Shown piece after piece: positions 39,257 through 50,389 of a DNA stretch of 64,000 nt. The DNA is taken from the NCBI GenBank assembly GCA_949287225.1, contig CASEFP010000060.1, positions 487 through 64,486 of the forward strand. The letters run 5' to 3'. The first letter of the stretch is position 1. Each line of letters begins with the position of its first letter. The position numbers were made by a program, and so were the translations under genes. The notes beneath the pieces are model-generated. The model did no database searches, was not told the origin of the DNA, and saw only the letters and a list, made by a program, of their open reading frames with translations. This DNA comes from an uncultured Lentisphaeria bacterium (GTDB lineage Bacteria; Verrucomicrobiota; Lentisphaeria; Victivallales; UBA1829).

Positions 39257-40255
39257 TCACTTTTTCAGCGAAACCTTCCGGCCGGTCAGGGCGGATTTTT
39301 CCTCGGCAAGCACAATTCGGATGGAATCGCGCGTGCTTTCGATCGACGCGGTCACGGGCCGTCTTTTCTTCAGGATGCACTCGCAGAAATAGGCGATCTC
39401 ATTGAAGTAGCCATTGGTTCCGGTGCAGTCGATTTCGCGGTGCTTTCCGTCATCGGTATGGACGATCACTTTCGGCGCGGCGATCTCCATCGTGGCCTTC
39501 TCGAAGACGGCGACCGTGGTGCATTTCCATTGGGAACGGCACCAGCTAGACTCGGAACTGACAAGAGGACCGTTCTCGAAATAATAGGTCGTAAGCAGAT
39601 CGTCAACACCGCCGGAAACGCGGGTGATTCCGCTCGTCTGCACGGCATCCGGCACACCGATCATGTAATTGATGAAGTCGGTGTCGTGCAGATGCAGATC
39701 AAGAATGGCGCCGCCGCTGCATTTGACGTCACGGTACCAGCCTGCTCCAGGTGCGCTGCCGCAGCGGGTCATGGAGAGGCGCAGAAGTTTTCCGTATTTT
39801 CCGGAATCGTACGCCTTCTTCACGGTATTGAAGGTTTTTTCAAAACGGAGGCACTGGGCGATCATCAGGAACTTTTTCGTTTTCTTCGAAACGGCGATCA
39901 TCTGATCGGCGAGTCTGACGTCGCGGGCCATCGGCTTTTCGCAGAGGACGTGATAACCGTCCTTCATCGCGCGGATCGCGTATTCCGCGTGGAGGTGACA
40001 CGGCAGGCAGATGTCCAGATAATCGAACGTCTCCTTCGCCACCAGTTCCTCGTAGGAGAGATAGCGGCGGACGTTGGAAAGATCCGCTACGCCGCTGCTG
40101 CCCAAATTGATCTCTTCCGAGAGTTTGTCGAATTTTTTCGGGTCGATGTCGCAGATCGCGACCAGTTCGCAGTTTTTCTGATTCTTGTACTGAGTCGCGT
40201 GGAAATGCCCCATCCCGCCGAATCCGATCAGGGCCGCTTTCAGTTTTTTCGCCAT
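39257..40255 (-). CDS. Gfo/Idh/MocA-family sugar oxidoreductase
   Basis: LIGFGGMGHFH, CEKPMA and SGGAILDLHLHDTD. Confidence 0.92.
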   Translation of the reverse strand: MAKKLKAALIGFGGMGHFHATQYKNQKNCELVAICDIDPKKFDKLSEEINLGSSGVADLSNVRRYLSYEELVAKETFDYLDICLPCHLHAEYAIRAMKDGYHVLCEKPMARDVRLADQMIAVSKKTKKFLMIAQCLRFEKTFNTVKKAYDSGKYGKLLRLSMTRCGSAPGAGWYRDVKCSGGAILDLHLHDTDFINYMIGVPDAVQTSGITRVSGGVDDLLTTYYFENGPLVSSESSWCRSQWKCTTVAVFEKATMEIAAPKVIVHTDDGKHREIDCTGTNGYFNEIAYFCECILKKRRPVTASIESTRDSIRIVLAEEKSALTGRKVSLKK

Positions 40256-40267
40256 GACACAATCTCC

Positions 40268-41113
40268 TCAGGACAGTTTTTCAAGCAGGAATTTCTGCGC
40301 AAGGCGGATATCGCCCTCGGGATTGTCGCCGCATTCACGCTCAATGGTCAGGAAGCCGTCGTAACCGATCTTTTTCAGGGCGGCGAGATAGGCGTCCCAC
40401 GGGACCTGCCCCTGTCCGAGCGGCACCTCTTTGTATTTCGCCGGTTCGACGCCGAGATCCCGTTTCGAGCCGTCCGGATTGACCATTCCGTAAGCGGCGG
40501 CCGCGGAACCGGGGAAGAGATTGACGCCGTCCTTGGCGTGGGTGTGCACAATGTATTTCCCGAGCACTTCGACGGCATGGGCGGGATCGACACACGAAAC
40601 CATGCGCAGATTCGCAGGATCAAGATTGACGCCGAGTCCTTTGGAATTCACATCCTCGATGAAGGCTTTCAGGATTTCCGGTTTTTCGGGGCCGGTTTCA
40701 ATCGCGAAGGTGACGCCGCGCGCCCCACCGTAATCCGCGGCATGGCGGATGGATTCGATCATCAGCGGATAGACCGGATCGTTTTTGTCTTCCGGGACAA
40801 CGCCGATGTGCGTCGTGATGACGTGCGTTCCGAGGCGGACGGCAAGATCGACCACACGGCAGAGGAATTCGGCGCGTTTCATGTTTTCCCCGCGCGTCTG
40901 GAACGCGTGTCCGCCGATGTCGCCGCAGATGGCGGAGATCGTCAGGCCGTCTTTTTCACAGCGCGCCTTGATCTCCTCGATTTTTTCATCCGGGAAAGCG
41001 AGAAACTCCTGATTCACGCCGATCTGGACACCTTGCAGACCCATTTCCCGATACGCGTCGAACGTTTCCAGCAGAGGCCGTCTCAAGGAAGCGGCGAGAG
41101 CTCCGATCTTCAT
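40268..41113 (-). CDS. Sugar phosphate isomerase/epimerase (xylose isomerase-like TIM barrel, IolE-like)
   Basis: AIETG, NLDPANL, HTHAKD, LGQGQV and GYDGFLTIERE. Confidence 0.92.
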   Translation of the reverse strand: MKIGALAASLRRPLLETFDAYREMGLQGVQIGVNQEFLAFPDEKIEEIKARCEKDGLTISAICGDIGGHAFQTRGENMKRAEFLCRVVDLAVRLGTHVITTHIGVVPEDKNDPVYPLMIESIRHAADYGGARGVTFAIETGPEKPEILKAFIEDVNSKGLGVNLDPANLRMVSCVDPAHAVEVLGKYIVHTHAKDGVNLFPGSAAAAYGMVNPDGSKRDLGVEPAKYKEVPLGQGQVPWDAYLAALKKIGYDGFLTIERECGDNPEGDIRLAQKFLLEKLS

Positions 41114-41257
41114 TCTGAATACTCCTTGTTGGTTTTCATTTTGATGAAGAAATCAAAATCCCTTTCCTTTATAATTTTACACGGAAAAAAGATTTTTGAA
41201 TGGATAAAAACCGCATTTCACATGACAAAAAAAGCGCTTCCGGAAACAGGCGGGAAA

Positions 41258-44128
41258 TCACTGCCAGCGGTAGGAACCGAGTCTGCCGTGAATGCGCCGC
41301 TCGAGAATCCAGGAGATCGGCGTAAGGACAGTGGACAGCGTCCCGAAGGGAAGCGTGCCTTTGAGCAGCTCGGCACGGACACGGAAATCAAATTCGTTGG
41401 TGTTCCAGCAGTAGGAGCCGTCGGCATTGAGCGCGACGATCCCGCCGTCGGATTTGAGGCTGTCGGTGGAAAGTTCATCCCCCTCCATCCGGAAACTGCC
41501 GTTGACCTCGGTTATGCTTCCGAAACTGCTGGTGTTCCATGCCTTCCCGAGAATTTTGAGCAGATCGCCCAGAACCGGAACGGACCAGAGGTCGTCGCCT
41601 TTGATCTGGAGATCGGCGGTTCCGTTCATCTGAAGCTGACTTGCGGCATTGTAATGGAGTTCGGAACTCATTCCCGCGGATACCAGAGCATCCATGCGCG
41701 AAGCATCCAGGACATTGATATGAAGCTCCTTGAGGATCTCCGGCAGATGGGCGCTCTTGAGTTTCGCATCAATCCTTCCTTTTCTGGTATTGAAGTCAAA
41801 CTCGTAATCCATGGAAACCCTGCCTCTGGATACCGTAGCGGCGGCATTCCGGATGAAGAGTCTGTTGTCTTCATAGCGGACCGTGGAATCCACGTCGGAG
41901 ATCCGGATTCCTTTCCAGAGACAGCTTCCATTGCTGATTTCCGCCCGGAAGCGCGTATGCTTTTCGTCGCCGTAATCAATCAGACCGGATGCCGACACCT
42001 TCATGCCATATGGAAAGTCGATAAACTCGCTCTTCCATGCCGGATAGAGACAGCGCATGATGTCGTTGCCTGCCATCGTGCTTTCGAAGGAGAAGTTCAG
42101 GAGTCCCCCCTGCGGAACGGGCCGTCCGCTCCCCTTCCTGCGCGATGCACCGCTCTTGAGGGAAACACTGACAAGAGCCTGCCCGTCGTCGGTCTGAAGG
42201 ATTGCGCCGGGAAGGACCAGAATACGGTCGGAATCAATCAGGAAACGGGTTGCGCCGTAACGGAAATGTATGCCGCGGTAGCGGAAATCGGTCATGACAA
42301 GGGAACCCGTAATGAAATAGGATGGATTCTTTCCATAATGAATCTGAATGTCGGAAGCGGTCTCGACAAGATTGCCCTCCCGCGGCCACTGAATACCCGC
42401 TGTCAGGTTTTCGATAAAGGCGCGCTGGCGCGGTTCAAGCATCCGGATCGTTTTTCCCGGAGACCCGCGGCAGACGAGAGAAGCACTGAGAAAACGGTCC
42501 TTCAGGAGGCACTTCATCGTACCGGAAACATCAAGCGTGTCGTCAATCCGCGCCTCGATTCCTCTGACGGCCAGCGTATCAGCACTGAACGCCAGTTCCG
42601 CAGAGGCGCTTGTGAGCGTCACACCGTGGCAGAAGGCACGCGGCAGGTTCAGGCGGATTTTACCCTCGAATGCGGAGTTTTTCCAGTCCGGAGAGACAAT
42701 CTCGCCGGCAAAATGAAGACGGTCGGATGGATTCCGGAACTCGACGTTGCCGTAAATGAAATCCGCCGCCGGCGGAGAAAGGAAATTGCGCAGTGCTTCC
42801 GGGGAGGTCTTTCCCTCAACCGCCGCTTTGAAGGTATTGCCCGAAATCGTGAAAAGCGATTCGATCTCGTTGCCTCCGGAGGTGCCGCTGACAATCCTGC
42901 CGGAAATCAGATCGTCGCCCAGCTCGGTCGAAGCGGTGACATTGCGCAGTCCGATTCCGTTGAAGACCATCGCGGGAATCCGGAGCTGAGCCGTTCCGGA
43001 ATAACGGCCGTCGGGAATGGAAAAATGGTCCAGCGTTCCCTGAAAGGCGATCCGCCCTGCATCGGAAAGATCCAGCTTTCCCGCCATGGTTTCGCGAACG
43101 GACTCGCTGACGAAAAGCAGAAGCTTGTCCGGCGAACAGTTGCCGGAAAATGTCCCGCTGATACTGTTTGAGGCGCTGTCGAAACGGCCCTGCGCCAGAA
43201 TGGATTCGCCGCCGCCGAGTTCCAGGCGCAGATCCCGGAAGAAAAGCATTCCGTCACTCAGAATGAGTTTCTCACGAATCGCCCCGATTTTCAGGCGGCC
43301 ATACTGAAAGTCGGGAAGGAAAACCAGCGCCTCAGCATGTGTGCGGTTGAAGTCTTTCGCATCCACGTTCAGGAACGCATGGATCCGCGGAATGCCGTCA
43401 AAGGAACGCTCACTGAATTTGTCAAGCAGACGGATTGCGGATTTGCGCAGGGAAAGCGGAACATTTCCCAGCATCCGCCGGTACCAGCCGGAAGATGCGT
43501 GCCGTTCAGAGGATACCGGGGCAGGCGCTTTTTCCATCAGTTTGTCATGAAGCATCGCGCTGGTGCGCGCCGCCGCCAGATGCAGAAGGTTGTCCACGCT
43601 TCCGGAAACCGTAAAGGCAAAGTTGCGGATTTTTCCCTCCCCCTTGTGAATGACGATCCTGCCGGGATCGCCGCCGATGTCCGCATGAAGTTCCGTCACG
43701 GAAACACGATCCGTTTCCCCCTCCGCGCCGGCTTCCGGGAGCAGCGGCAGTTCCAGCGCACCGCCCTCAATCCGTATTCTCGCAGGCAGCAGCGTGCCGG
43801 TGAGAATACGCCACGGCATGATGCAGAGGTGAAGTCTCTCCGCCCGGAGCGAAGGCGTTTCCAGAGAATTTTTCCCCGAAATCTCGACATTTTCAAAGCG
43901 GATTCCCCGCAGGATTCCCGCTTTGCAGGAACCCGCGCGAAAAGTCAGCCCGTACGGCCGCAGGAGACAAGCAGCCTCTTCCATGAGAGTCCGGGGCACG
44001 CCGCGGAACTCAAACCAGACATCCAGCGCAAAGACCCCTCCCGCAACCAAAAACAGCACCAGAAACAAAAACAGACAGAACGGATAATATCGTTTCAACT
44101 GTTTTCTGAAGATCGTCATGAATTCCAT
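41258..44128 (-). CDS. AsmA-like envelope protein (YhdP/TamB-type beta-groove)
   Basis: Single N-terminal TM anchor, long amphipathic beta-strand repeats, and a C-terminal AsmA-like segment (ADGSYCW...FDFRV...IHGRLGSYRW). Confidence 0.7.
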   Translation of the reverse strand: MEFMTIFRKQLKRYYPFCLFLFLVLFLVAGGVFALDVWFEFRGVPRTLMEEAACLLRPYGLTFRAGSCKAGILRGIRFENVEISGKNSLETPSLRAERLHLCIMPWRILTGTLLPARIRIEGGALELPLLPEAGAEGETDRVSVTELHADIGGDPGRIVIHKGEGKIRNFAFTVSGSVDNLLHLAAARTSAMLHDKLMEKAPAPVSSERHASSGWYRRMLGNVPLSLRKSAIRLLDKFSERSFDGIPRIHAFLNVDAKDFNRTHAEALVFLPDFQYGRLKIGAIREKLILSDGMLFFRDLRLELGGGESILAQGRFDSASNSISGTFSGNCSPDKLLLFVSESVRETMAGKLDLSDAGRIAFQGTLDHFSIPDGRYSGTAQLRIPAMVFNGIGLRNVTASTELGDDLISGRIVSGTSGGNEIESLFTISGNTFKAAVEGKTSPEALRNFLSPPAADFIYGNVEFRNPSDRLHFAGEIVSPDWKNSAFEGKIRLNLPRAFCHGVTLTSASAELAFSADTLAVRGIEARIDDTLDVSGTMKCLLKDRFLSASLVCRGSPGKTIRMLEPRQRAFIENLTAGIQWPREGNLVETASDIQIHYGKNPSYFITGSLVMTDFRYRGIHFRYGATRFLIDSDRILVLPGAILQTDDGQALVSVSLKSGASRRKGSGRPVPQGGLLNFSFESTMAGNDIMRCLYPAWKSEFIDFPYGMKVSASGLIDYGDEKHTRFRAEISNGSCLWKGIRISDVDSTVRYEDNRLFIRNAAATVSRGRVSMDYEFDFNTRKGRIDAKLKSAHLPEILKELHINVLDASRMDALVSAGMSSELHYNAASQLQMNGTADLQIKGDDLWSVPVLGDLLKILGKAWNTSSFGSITEVNGSFRMEGDELSTDSLKSDGGIVALNADGSYCWNTNEFDFRVRAELLKGTLPFGTLSTVLTPISWILERRIHGRLGSYRWQ

Positions 44129-44195
44129 TCCTCTGCACTGCGGTCACGGCGGCAAACCGTCCGGACGGGTAATGTAATCCCGTTTCTCCGGAAAA

Positions 44196-46391
44196 TCAAC
44201 GCCCGGAACGTTTTTTCAGCAGGAGCCTTCCGCGGTGCGCCATCTCCCGGACAATCTCCGGCGCGGGGGATTGCTCCCGGTAACGCAGTGATTCGTATTG
44301 TGCGACATATTCCCGGATCTCCTGCGGAGCGGATGCGTAATAATGCGAAAGCGTCTCCCCCTGCGCCCGTTTTCTGTGCGCATTCGCGGCATATCCGCGC
44401 TCAAACGTGGCAAACGCGGAAGAGAGACGCTTCTTTTCCCTGTCCCCAAGCACCCCGCCGGCACGCACCCGCCCTTTTCTCCGGAAATACCGGAACCAGA
44501 CAACAAAACCGGCAGGAATCAGGACGAGCAGCGCGGCCGGGTGGAAGAATACACGCAGCAGCAGAGCAAATGCAATCTCCAGAACAGTCAGAACCGCGTT
44601 GGCGAAATAACCGCGCCGGATGTCTGCAAACGCATTGCGGAAGGTCTGCTGAAGGAGATCCATGACAGATGAGAAAACACTCTGCTTGCGGATGCTGCGC
44701 GCCGACGGCAGATCGCCGGAAGGCGGTGTCGCCTCGACAAGCATCCAGCATTTCTCGTCACGCAGATACACTTCCCCCCATGCGTGGACATTCGACGCGC
44801 GCGCGATGTAATACTGCGAATAAGGGTGAAGTTCCTCGCAGACCAGACCGGTAACGTAGCGTGCGGGAAGTCCCATGCTCCGCAGCAGAAGCACGGCGGC
44901 GCTGGCGAAAAGTTCGCAGTGCCCCCGGCGTTCCTTCGTGAGAAAATGCAGCACCGGATCCCCTCGTTCACCGGGAGGACGGAAGCTGAGCGAATAAGAA
45001 TAACGGGAAAGGAATTCGATCACTGCCGCGACCCGGTCACGATCCCGCCGGATTTTCCGTCCGGAAAGCGCCTCTCCGGCAATTTTCCCGAACGGTCTCC
45101 GGAGCGGACGGGGCAGTTCCGTCAGGAAGTGCGCCTCCTCCGGCACAGGCATCGGATACGCGGCGGCAGGATCATAATTCGACGTGAAAACCGTGCATCC
45201 GCCGTCGCGTTTCCAGAGCTTCAGAGAAAAGACTCCGGAATCGGTAATCTGCGCATCATCGGCAACCGCGTCGATCCGGTAGGTATTGCCGGGAGCAGGA
45301 ATCACACCGCGCGTAAGAAGGCCTTCGAAATACAGTTCAACACGGCGGATCGGCTCGGGCGGCGGTTCGCGCGGATCATCCGGAACCGTTGCCGGCGCGT
45401 CCGGATAATCCGGCACGGTGAACGTGTTTTCGGAGAGAATGGTAGCGCGCCGCATCGCGGAAAGATTCGTGCGGACCGGATTGGAAAGCCATTCCCCCCG
45501 CCGGTACATCGTGTAGACGCCGCCGCGCAGATACCCCGGCGGCGCATCCGCCTTCGCCCGGAGAAGCACCTTGTCCGGATTCTTCAGAAGCTCGGACTGC
45601 ATCGTCGCGTTCAGATTGACCGAATTGGAAAGAATCATCATCTCATTGCCGCGTGCGGGGCGGCGCATCCCCAGACGCAGAAAGTAGAATTCCAGATTGC
45701 GGAAGAGCGCCGTATGCGCGTAATAGAATTCCGAAAGGGAAAGCGCGAACACGGGAATCAGCACAATACAGAGAAAGCGGACCGCGGAACGGAGAATGGA
45801 AGTGCTCCGGCATTTCTTTTCCGGATAAACCGTTCTCGTCGTCGTATAAAAGAAAAAAGGCAGCGTCATTGCCTGCACGATCACGGCAATTGTATAGCTC
45901 GTCCGGTAGTTCCGGAGCGGAACATCCAGAAACGAGAGCACGGTATTGGTCTGATCCGCGGAATTGAAAATGTCGCCGCAGATCAGGGTCGCCGCCACGG
46001 CGAGCGCCGCACTCAACCCGGCTCTGTGCTGATTCGGCGGAAAGAGACAGCTCAGCGCCGCAAGATAGAGGAGAAGCGGAACCGCCAGACTCGAACGGAG
46101 CATCAGATCGAAGAGTCCGAAACGGGACTCGTCCACCGTGACCACCATGTCCGGAACAATGGTCAGAACCAGGGCGGCCGTGACGCAGTAGATGATCGGA
46201 CGATCGCTGTAAGACAGGTAGCTCCGCCGGAACAGCCCGGTTCCCAGCATCGCCGCCGCGATCAGCAGGATATGCGGCAGGTCCGTTTTCATCGAATACA
46301 GAAACGCCGGCGGCAGGATCAGAAGCGCATTCAGAAAACCTGTCCGCAGATCAAAGCCTTTGAAAAGCGCGCCGGAAGATGCTTCGTTCAC
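44196..46391 (-). CDS. Membrane transglutaminase-like protein (TgpA type)
   Basis: Multiple TM helices and a Cys-His-(Glu) triad: RGHCELFASA, PARYVTG, HAWGEVY and VEATP. Confidence 0.9.
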   Translation of the reverse strand: MNEASSGALFKGFDLRTGFLNALLILPPAFLYSMKTDLPHILLIAAAMLGTGLFRRSYLSYSDRPIIYCVTAALVLTIVPDMVVTVDESRFGLFDLMLRSSLAVPLLLYLAALSCLFPPNQHRAGLSAALAVAATLICGDIFNSADQTNTVLSFLDVPLRNYRTSYTIAVIVQAMTLPFFFYTTTRTVYPEKKCRSTSILRSAVRFLCIVLIPVFALSLSEFYYAHTALFRNLEFYFLRLGMRRPARGNEMMILSNSVNLNATMQSELLKNPDKVLLRAKADAPPGYLRGGVYTMYRRGEWLSNPVRTNLSAMRRATILSENTFTVPDYPDAPATVPDDPREPPPEPIRRVELYFEGLLTRGVIPAPGNTYRIDAVADDAQITDSGVFSLKLWKRDGGCTVFTSNYDPAAAYPMPVPEEAHFLTELPRPLRRPFGKIAGEALSGRKIRRDRDRVAAVIEFLSRYSYSLSFRPPGERGDPVLHFLTKERRGHCELFASAAVLLLRSMGLPARYVTGLVCEELHPYSQYYIARASNVHAWGEVYLRDEKCWMLVEATPPSGDLPSARSIRKQSVFSSVMDLLQQTFRNAFADIRRGYFANAVLTVLEIAFALLLRVFFHPAALLVLIPAGFVVWFRYFRRKGRVRAGGVLGDREKKRLSSAFATFERGYAANAHRKRAQGETLSHYYASAPQEIREYVAQYESLRYREQSPAPEIVREMAHRGRLLLKKRSGR

Positions 46392-47740
46392 AGTTCACCC
46401 GCCTTTCCGCTCAGAATATCCTCCGCGCGCAGTGTTTCCACCCACGCCGGACCGGGCTCGGAAGCGATCAGGAACACCTTCAGCGGCACCCCGGTTTGGA
46501 TGATCGATCGATAGAGTTTTTCCGATTCCGGATCAATACTCAGCAGAATCAGATAAACCGCACCGGAGGACGCGATTGCGCGGATATCCTCCGGCGTGAT
46601 TCTCCGGAAGCGGCCGGTTCCGTCCGTCGGCGCAAGCGAGGCAAGCAGATCCAGAAATGCTTCGCCTGTCATATGGCTGCGTCCCGTCCGGAAATGGTGG
46701 ATTTCGGAACCGGCGGCAAAGATGTCCACGACGAAATCGCGTTCGGAAAGCGTCATCGCAATGGAGGCGGTCAGAGAAACTGCCGCCTCGAACGGCTCGT
46801 CGGAGCGTCTCTTCCCGAGCGGTTTCAGGAGGAAGAGTTTCCTGAGAACGCTCCGGAAGCTCTCCCGTTCCGCAAGAAGCGTATTGTCCATGATGAGCGC
46901 CGCACGGGAGAGTTTTTCCTCCTGGAATTCCTTGACCACAAACTCTCCGTGTCTCGCGCTCGCCGCCCAGTGGATCTTGCGCGGGTCGTCTCCGGTCCGG
47001 TATTCCCGGCATCCGAGGAAATCCATGCTGTCGCCTTCGCTTGACACCGTGTTCACGCTCTCGCTGTTTTTCGCGGAACCCTCAGGAAGGCGCAGAGAAC
47101 GAAGCGGCGTCCAGGCGGGATGGCAGATGATCTGCTGAACACAATCCGCACTCCGGCTCATTTTGAAAAGCTGAAAGGGAAACGCGGTCTCCGCCAGCGG
47201 ACAGGGAAGAGGATAAACCCCGCGTTTGAGAATCCGGAAGGTCCGGAAAAAACTCCCCTCCATGCGCGGAAGCAGCGTCAGACGCGGGACATCGGCATCC
47301 GTGCATTGCACATTGCGCATCACGAGCTGCGGATCTGCGCTCAGATCGAACACCGGAAGAAAGGAGCGGTTTTCCAGCGAGTAGAAAATGCGGAACGGCG
47401 TGCCGCAGGAAACACGCGAAGGAGCTTTCCGCACAATCGTGATGCGGGGGAAAAAGAGCAATCCCGCGATCAGATTGAAAAAGAAAACTCCCGACAGCAC
47501 AAAAAACAGAATCACCGCCGGACTGCGGGTCAGGATCATCGAATAAAAGGAGACCGCCAGGTAGACCGCGCCAAGCATCCGTCCCTGCGGCGTCAGGATC
47601 CGGTCCAGCAGCGCGTATCCCCAGATCAGAGGCATGGCAAGCGTCCTGCCTTTCTCTCCAGCGGAAGGCAGGGGAAACCAGCGGGGGCCGGAAAGAAATC
47701 CCCGCCTGAGGCGCCGGAAGATGTGAAAGATTCTCCGCAT
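46388..47740 (-). CDS. DUF58 domain protein
   Basis: REYRTGDDPRKIHWAASAR..VVKEFQEE and FEAAVS; follows moxR. Confidence 0.92.
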   Translation of the reverse strand: MRRIFHIFRRLRRGFLSGPRWFPLPSAGEKGRTLAMPLIWGYALLDRILTPQGRMLGAVYLAVSFYSMILTRSPAVILFFVLSGVFFFNLIAGLLFFPRITIVRKAPSRVSCGTPFRIFYSLENRSFLPVFDLSADPQLVMRNVQCTDADVPRLTLLPRMEGSFFRTFRILKRGVYPLPCPLAETAFPFQLFKMSRSADCVQQIICHPAWTPLRSLRLPEGSAKNSESVNTVSSEGDSMDFLGCREYRTGDDPRKIHWAASARHGEFVVKEFQEEKLSRAALIMDNTLLAERESFRSVLRKLFLLKPLGKRRSDEPFEAAVSLTASIAMTLSERDFVVDIFAAGSEIHHFRTGRSHMTGEAFLDLLASLAPTDGTGRFRRITPEDIRAIASSGAVYLILLSIDPESEKLYRSIIQTGVPLKVFLIASEPGPAWVETLRAEDILSGKAGEL

Positions 47741-47746
47741 TCCGCA

Positions 47747-48688
47747 TCACACCGGAATTTTGATTTTCCGGACAAGATCGTCCAGCACGGCTTCCGCCTC
47801 AATTCCCGCGTGTTTGCTCTCCAGGGTCATAACGAGACGGTGTGCGAGCAGCGGCCGGATCAGGACAAGAATGTCGTCCGGTTTGACAAAGACGCGGTTG
47901 TCCAGCCAGGCCATGGACTGCGCGCAGCGCGAAAGCGTCAGGAGTGCGCGCGGACTGGCGCCCAGACGGATCTCACTGCATTCACGCGTCGCTCGGACAA
48001 GCTCCATCATGTAACGTGCAAGCGAATCCTCCACCTCGACGGCGCGCACTTCCTCCTGAATGCGCAGAATCTCCGCACAGTCGAGAACAGGACGCACCTC
48101 GCCAAGCGGATCGCTCCGGCGGCGGTCAAGGAGCAGCTGAAGTTCGGCCTCTCCGTCAGGATACCCGAGCGAAATGCGCACGGCGAAACGGTCAAGCTGC
48201 GCCTCCGGCAGCGGATAGGTTCCGTAGTACTCGACAGGATTCTGCGTGGCAATCACAAGAAAGGGGGCATTGAGCACACACTCTTTGCCTTCGATCGAGA
48301 CCTGACGCTCATTCATCGCCTCCAGAAGCGCCGACTGGGTGCGCGGAGATGCCCGGTTGATCTCGTCCGCCAGAAGCAGATTCGTGAAAAGCGGCCCCTC
48401 GCGGAAGAAGAACGCGCCCTCCTTGGGCGAATAGATGGAGGCTCCGAGAATATCCGCCGGCAGAAGATCGGGCGTAAACTGAATCCGGGTGAATTTTGCG
48501 GACACCGAAAGAGCAAGCGCCTTCGCCAGCGTGGTTTTTCCCGTGCCGGGCACATCCTCCATGAGAATATGTCCGTCTGCGAAAAACGCGGCGAGCAGCA
48601 GGCGCATGACGTCTTCCTTGCCGCGGATCACGCGGTTGAGCTGCGTTTCAACCGCAAGCACCTTGTCGTAAAGTTCGCGATCCGGCAT
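47747..48688 (-). CDS. moxR: MoxR-family AAA+ ATPase
   Basis: EDVPGTGKT, RIQFTPDLLPAD, LADEINRASPRTQSALLEAM, ATQNP and LPEAQLDRF. AAGGAGG RBS precedes ATG 48688. Confidence 0.95.
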   Translation of the reverse strand: MPDRELYDKVLAVETQLNRVIRGKEDVMRLLLAAFFADGHILMEDVPGTGKTTLAKALALSVSAKFTRIQFTPDLLPADILGASIYSPKEGAFFFREGPLFTNLLLADEINRASPRTQSALLEAMNERQVSIEGKECVLNAPFLVIATQNPVEYYGTYPLPEAQLDRFAVRISLGYPDGEAELQLLLDRRRSDPLGEVRPVLDCAEILRIQEEVRAVEVEDSLARYMMELVRATRECSEIRLGASPRALLTLSRCAQSMAWLDNRVFVKPDDILVLIRPLLAHRLVMTLESKHAGIEAEAVLDDLVRKIKIPV

Positions 48689-49047
48689 TGCCACCTCCTT
48701 GTTCCGGGTCATTTTCCGCAATATACCCTCTCCGGACTCTGATTCAATCCCGCGGGTGTTTTTCTCCCGTTTTTTTTCGAGCTGTCCACCCCGGAAAAAC
48801 GGCAAGGTCTTCGGGGGAAGAGGGAATTCCGTCAGCCGCACCTGTGTCTCCTTTATCGGGAGATCTCACTTCCCGCCGTTCACTCCGGGAAAGAAAGCGG
48901 GAAACCGCGAAACGGCGTAAAAAAGCATTTTCTTGGAATTTTCTCGTTCCTCCGCTGGAAAAAAAAGGATTCCGGCGTTATATTTTTTGATTTGATATTA
49001 TAGACAACGCAATGGAAATGAAAATAAAACAAAGGTGAAAGACGATT

Positions 49048-50364
49048 ATGGCTCTTGACTCATTGTTCGAAGGCGTCCAGCTCGACTGGAAGGAAACGGA
49101 ACCCTGCGCGCGCAAAGTCGCGGTCAAATTCCCGCAGGAGGCGGTCGCCGGCGCATTCGACCAGACCGCCCGCGAAACGGCGAAACAGGCACAGGTCCCC
49201 GGCTTCCGCAAAGGAAAGGCCCCGCTCTCCCTCATCAAGGCGAAATACAAGGACTACATCGCCGACGACGTCACAAGACTGCTCCATCAGACCGCCTTCT
49301 CGAAAGTGACCTCCGACAAATCCGCCGACATCGTCGCCTTCGGGCGCATGGACGCCAAAGAGGCGCCCGCTGCCGACAAAGAATATACCGTTGAGCTCGA
49401 TGTCGAAGTCGCACCGGAGTTCAAGCTGCCGGAATACAAGGGACTCGAAATCAAGGTCGAGGACGGAGAAACCCTCGAACAGCACATCGAAAACCGCATG
49501 AAATATCTCAAAGATCTCTATGCGGACTATGTGACAGTGGAAGAACCCGCGCAGAAGGGCGACATGCTCAAGGTCTCCTACGAATCCGATTTTGTCCCGG
49601 CGGAAGATGCTCCCGCATCGCTCAAACGCGCCGTCAAGTCCGAAGAGAGCTGGATCTGGCTTTCCGAACCCGAGCAGATTCCCGGCGTCCTCGCCGCGCT
49701 GACCGGTGCAAAAAAGGACGGCGAATACACGTTCAAGGCGGAATTCCCCGCCGACTGGAGAGAAAAAGATCTTCAGGGCAAGAGCGTGGAATACAAGGTC
49801 AAAGTGTTTGAGGCGCAGCGCCGCGTTCCCGTCGCGGATGACGCGAAGCTTGCCGAAAAACTCGGACTCGGAACCGTCGAAAAGATGAACGAGGAGATCC
49901 GGAAAACCGCCGAACGCGAACTTGAACAAATGCACAAGGAAGCCGTCAAGGCGAAAATCGCCGAGACGATCGTGGGCATGGTCGAGGACTTCCCGCTTCC
50001 CAAGGGCATTCTCGCCTCCGCATCTCAGCGCGAATTCTCCCGCATTGCGGAGCGTCTTGTCCGCAGCGAGGCCGACATCGAAGCCTTCAAGAAGGACAAG
50101 GACAAACACATTGAGGAAGCCAAAGCCGAAGCCGGCAAATATCTGAAGAAGTTCTTTATTCTCCGCAAGATCGCCGGAAACGAGAAGATCACGGTCGACG
50201 GGGAGGAAGTCGATACGCAGATCCGCAATATGAGCAGCTATCTCGGATACAAGGAAAAAGACGTCCGCAAAATGCTCGGCGAAAACGGCGGCTACGAGGA
50301 AATCCAGGCCGACATCCTGATGGGCAAGGTGATCGACTTCATCGCCTCCCAGGTGAAGGCCTGA
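49048..50364 (+). CDS. tig: Trigger factor
   Basis: Ribosome-binding motif [10 protein letters not shown], an FKBP-like middle domain, and position upstream of clpP-clpX. Confidence 0.95.
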   Translation: MALDSLFEGVQLDWKETEPCARKVAVKFPQEAVAGAFDQTARETAKQAQVPGFRKGKAPLSLIKAKYKDYIADDVTRLLHQTAFSKVTSDKSADIVAFGRMDAKEAPAADKEYTVELDVEVAPEFKLPEYKGLEIKVEDGETLEQHIENRMKYLKDLYADYVTVEEPAQKGDMLKVSYESDFVPAEDAPASLKRAVKSEESWIWLSEPEQIPGVLAALTGAKKDGEYTFKAEFPADWREKDLQGKSVEYKVKVFEAQRRVPVADDAKLAEKLGLGTVEKMNEEIRKTAERELEQMHKEAVKAKIAETIVGMVEDFPLPKGILASASQREFSRIAERLVRSEADIEAFKKDKDKHIEEAKAEAGKYLKKFFILRKIAGNEKITVDGEEVDTQIRNMSSYLGYKEKDVRKMLGENGGYEEIQADILMGKVIDFIASQVKA

Positions 50365-50389
50365 GCAGAAAATTGGAAAGGAACCAGTT

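Noticed and set aside
39218-43171. 1317-aa + strand ORF spanning three minus-strand genes and an intergenic gap
   Set aside because: The three real genes happen to share one frame (stop offsets 1011 and 990 nt), so their antisense shadows join. It starts inside a terminator hairpin and shows no motifs.
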